DNA of 50,316 nucleotides from Terriglobales bacterium (GTDB lineage Bacteria; Acidobacteriota; Terriglobia; Terriglobales; SCQP01): the NCBI GenBank assembly GCA_051959955.1, contig JBQCEU010000100.1, forward strand, positions 1 to 50,316, given 5' to 3'. Positions within the stretch are counted from its first letter, which is position 1. Each line of letters opens with the position of its first letter. Positions 48,623-50,316 of the stretch are shown in pieces. A program made the position numbers and the translations under genes. The notes under the pieces are model-generated. The model was not told the DNA's origin. It made no database searches and saw nothing but the letters and a program-made list of their open reading frames with translations.

Positions 48623-49312
48623 ATGGCGCGCCGCCGTTTCTTTGCCGACGCGCTGGCGGAGGGAGCGGCGCGGCTGGAGGGCGCCAACGCCCATCATCTC
48701 GCCCGCGTGCTGCGCGCCGAGCCGGGTCAGGTCTATGAACTGGCGTTCAACGGCCGCGTCTATCTGGCCCGGATCACCGCCGTGCGGCCGGCGCGCGTGG
48801 ATTTTGCCGTTGTCGAGGAACTGCCGGCGCCCGCGCCGGAACGGGAGATCTCGCTCGGGGTGGGGCTCTTCAAGTTCGACCGCTGTGAGTGGATGGTGGA
48901 GAAGGCTACCGAGCTCGGCGTCAGCCGCCTCACGCCGCTGTCCACCCGCCGCACCGATCCCAAGCTCGCCGCCGCCGCCCCGGCCCGCCGCGCCCGTTGG
49001 CAGCAGATCGCGCGCGGCGCGGCGGAACAGTCGCGGCGCGCCGCCTGGCCGGAAGTCGCTGAGCCGCAAGCCCTGGCGGCGTGGCTGGCCTTGCCGCATG
49101 CGGGCACCCGACTGGTGCTTTCGGAATCTGCCACGGCTCCCCTGGCTGCCCCCGCCAGAGGTTCCCTCGTGATGCTGGCCGGTCCGGAAGGAGGCTTGGC
49201 GCCGGAGGAGGCGGAGGCCGCCGCGACCTCTGGTTTCGCTCCGGTCTCGCTCGGCCCGCGCATCCTGCGCTCCGAGACAGCCGTACTGGCGGCCCTCGCC
49301 CGCTTTGGCTGA
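48623..49312 (+). CDS. rsmE: 16S rRNA (uracil1498-N3)-methyltransferase
   Basis: HHLARVLR, EKATELGV, AAEQSRR, GPEGG and LGPRILRSETA motifs. Confidence 0.95.
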   Translation: MARRRFFADALAEGAARLEGANAHHLARVLRAEPGQVYELAFNGRVYLARITAVRPARVDFAVVEELPAPAPEREISLGVGLFKFDRCEWMVEKATELGVSRLTPLSTRRTDPKLAAAAPARRARWQQIARGAAEQSRRAAWPEVAEPQALAAWLALPHAGTRLVLSESATAPLAAPARGSLVMLAGPEGGLAPEEAEAAATSGFAPVSLGPRILRSETAVLAALARFG

Positions 49313-49415
49313 AAGTATTTTCTGTTCTGCCGGTTGTTAGTGCGGCATATCAAGCCGCGATTCATCCTCCCTCCCCCCCATTGACACGCGCCCAATTACG
49401 GAGGAGTCTCGCGCT

Positions 49416-50316
49416 ATGGGACGCCGCACGGCCTTTTGCACCGCGCTGTTTCTGACGGGAGTTCTGGCCGCCTTTGGGTTGGCGCAGGCGCCTGGCTCAA
49501 AGGAAGTGAAAATCGAGTCGGGCAGCTACACCTTGGTCCCATTGCGAATTGCCACCGAGACCAGTAGCGTGGACTTGGATGTGGTGGTGCGACAGCCGGA
49601 TGGCACACCCATCGCCGGGCTCGACAAGGAAAACTTTCGCATCGTAGACAACGGCCGCGAGCGCGGGATCAGCGGCTTCTTTGTCACCTGGTCAGCTTCC
49701 GGACCGAAGCGGCGGGTGACCGGCACAGGCACGGGCCTGCCCAACGCGGCGGCGCCAACGCGCTACCTTGGTCTGATCTTTGACGATGTCAGCACGGACG
49801 AGCGCGACCTGAAGAACGCACGCAACGCCGCCGAGCGATTCATTGGCGAGCAGATGCAGCCGGGGTCCAGGCTGGCCATCTTCACCACTTCCGGAACGGT
49901 CGAACAGGACTTCACTACCGACGCCGCGCGTTTGCAGGCGGCCGTGGCCCGCATTAGGACGCATCCGCGCGCGGGCCGCAGCATGTTCGATTGCCCGCGC
50001 GTTACGCCCTACGAGGCGGACCTGATCGTGCAGCACCACGACATGCTGGCGCTGCAATCGGTGGACGCGGAGGCCGCCAACTGCAACGGCAAGAGCCAAC
50101 CTACGGGCGACAACCTGAGTGATGGAGCGGTGAATGAGCTCAATGCCGGCGGTGCGTCCGGGCAGATGGCGCTGGCGCAGGCGCAAGCGACGTTTTCCCA
50201 GGAGCGTGGCATTGCTCTGGATACGCTGACCTATGTCCGGAACGTTGTGGACGCGATCGGGAAGATGCCGGGTGAGCGGATCCTTGTACTGGCCACCGGG
50301 GGCTTCATCTCCGATA
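49416..50316 (+). CDS. Exported VWA-domain protein (VWFA-related Acidobacterial domain type), 3'-truncated by the window edge
   Basis: Missing from the ORF track because it has no stop in the window. GGAGGAG RBS; signal peptide MGRRTAFCTALFLTGVLAAFGLAQ; VDLDVVVR..GLDKENFRIVDNG, LIFDD, QDFTTD and MPGERILVLATGGF. Confidence 0.85.
   Translation, partial: MGRRTAFCTALFLTGVLAAFGLAQAPGSKEVKIESGSYTLVPLRIATETSSVDLDVVVRQPDGTPIAGLDKENFRIVDNGRERGISGFFVTWSASGPKRRVTGTGTGLPNAAAPTRYLGLIFDDVSTDERDLKNARNAAERFIGEQMQPGSRLAIFTTSGTVEQDFTTDAARLQAAVARIRTHPRAGRSMFDCPRVTPYEADLIVQHHDMLALQSVDAEAANCNGKSQPTGDNLSDGAVNELNAGGASGQMALAQAQATFSQERGIALDTLTYVRNVVDAIGKMPGERILVLATGGFISD

Noticed and set aside
49381-49410. Perfect TTGACA upstream of the VWA gene
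   Set aside because: No acceptable -10 hexamer at 16-18 nt spacing.

Overview
GC-rich bacterial chromosomal segment made almost entirely of core and housekeeping genes. Gene content (VWFA-related Acidobacterial-domain protein, DUF6677-type membrane protein, long Hfq-like protein, Asd-like protein next to lptE-holA) suggests Acidobacteriota; this is an inference. It holds about 55 CDSs: tmk-holB-hfq-like-pssA-asd-like-lptE-holA, yggS-M24 peptidase-brx-fahA, two convergent ECF sigma/anti-sigma modules (one with two exported HEAT-repeat proteins), glyA, rimP-nusA-infB-rbfA, dgt-ribF, tonB-plsY-gpsA, dnaG-rpoD-htrA, osmC, aldehyde dehydrogenase-ald, and hrcA-grpE-dnaJ-rsmE. I saw no rRNA, tRNA, CRISPR array or mobile element. 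The most interesting signals are non-coding or hidden: (1) an unannotated, highly structured ~138-nt RNA candidate at 41925-42062 whose paired 5' end lies 7 nt downstream of a GCAAC-N17-CATCCC promoter-like motif; (2) the same motif upstream of the stress genes osmC and a BON/OsmY-like gene, suggesting a general-stress sigma regulon that includes this RNA; (3) a second ~76-nt sRNA or attenuator candidate upstream of glyA overlapping a perfect DnaA box; (4) many apparently leaderless genes; (5) an in-frame TAA interrupting alanine dehydrogenase; (6) two small proteins not called by the ORF track. All family assignments are from motif recognition, not database searches.
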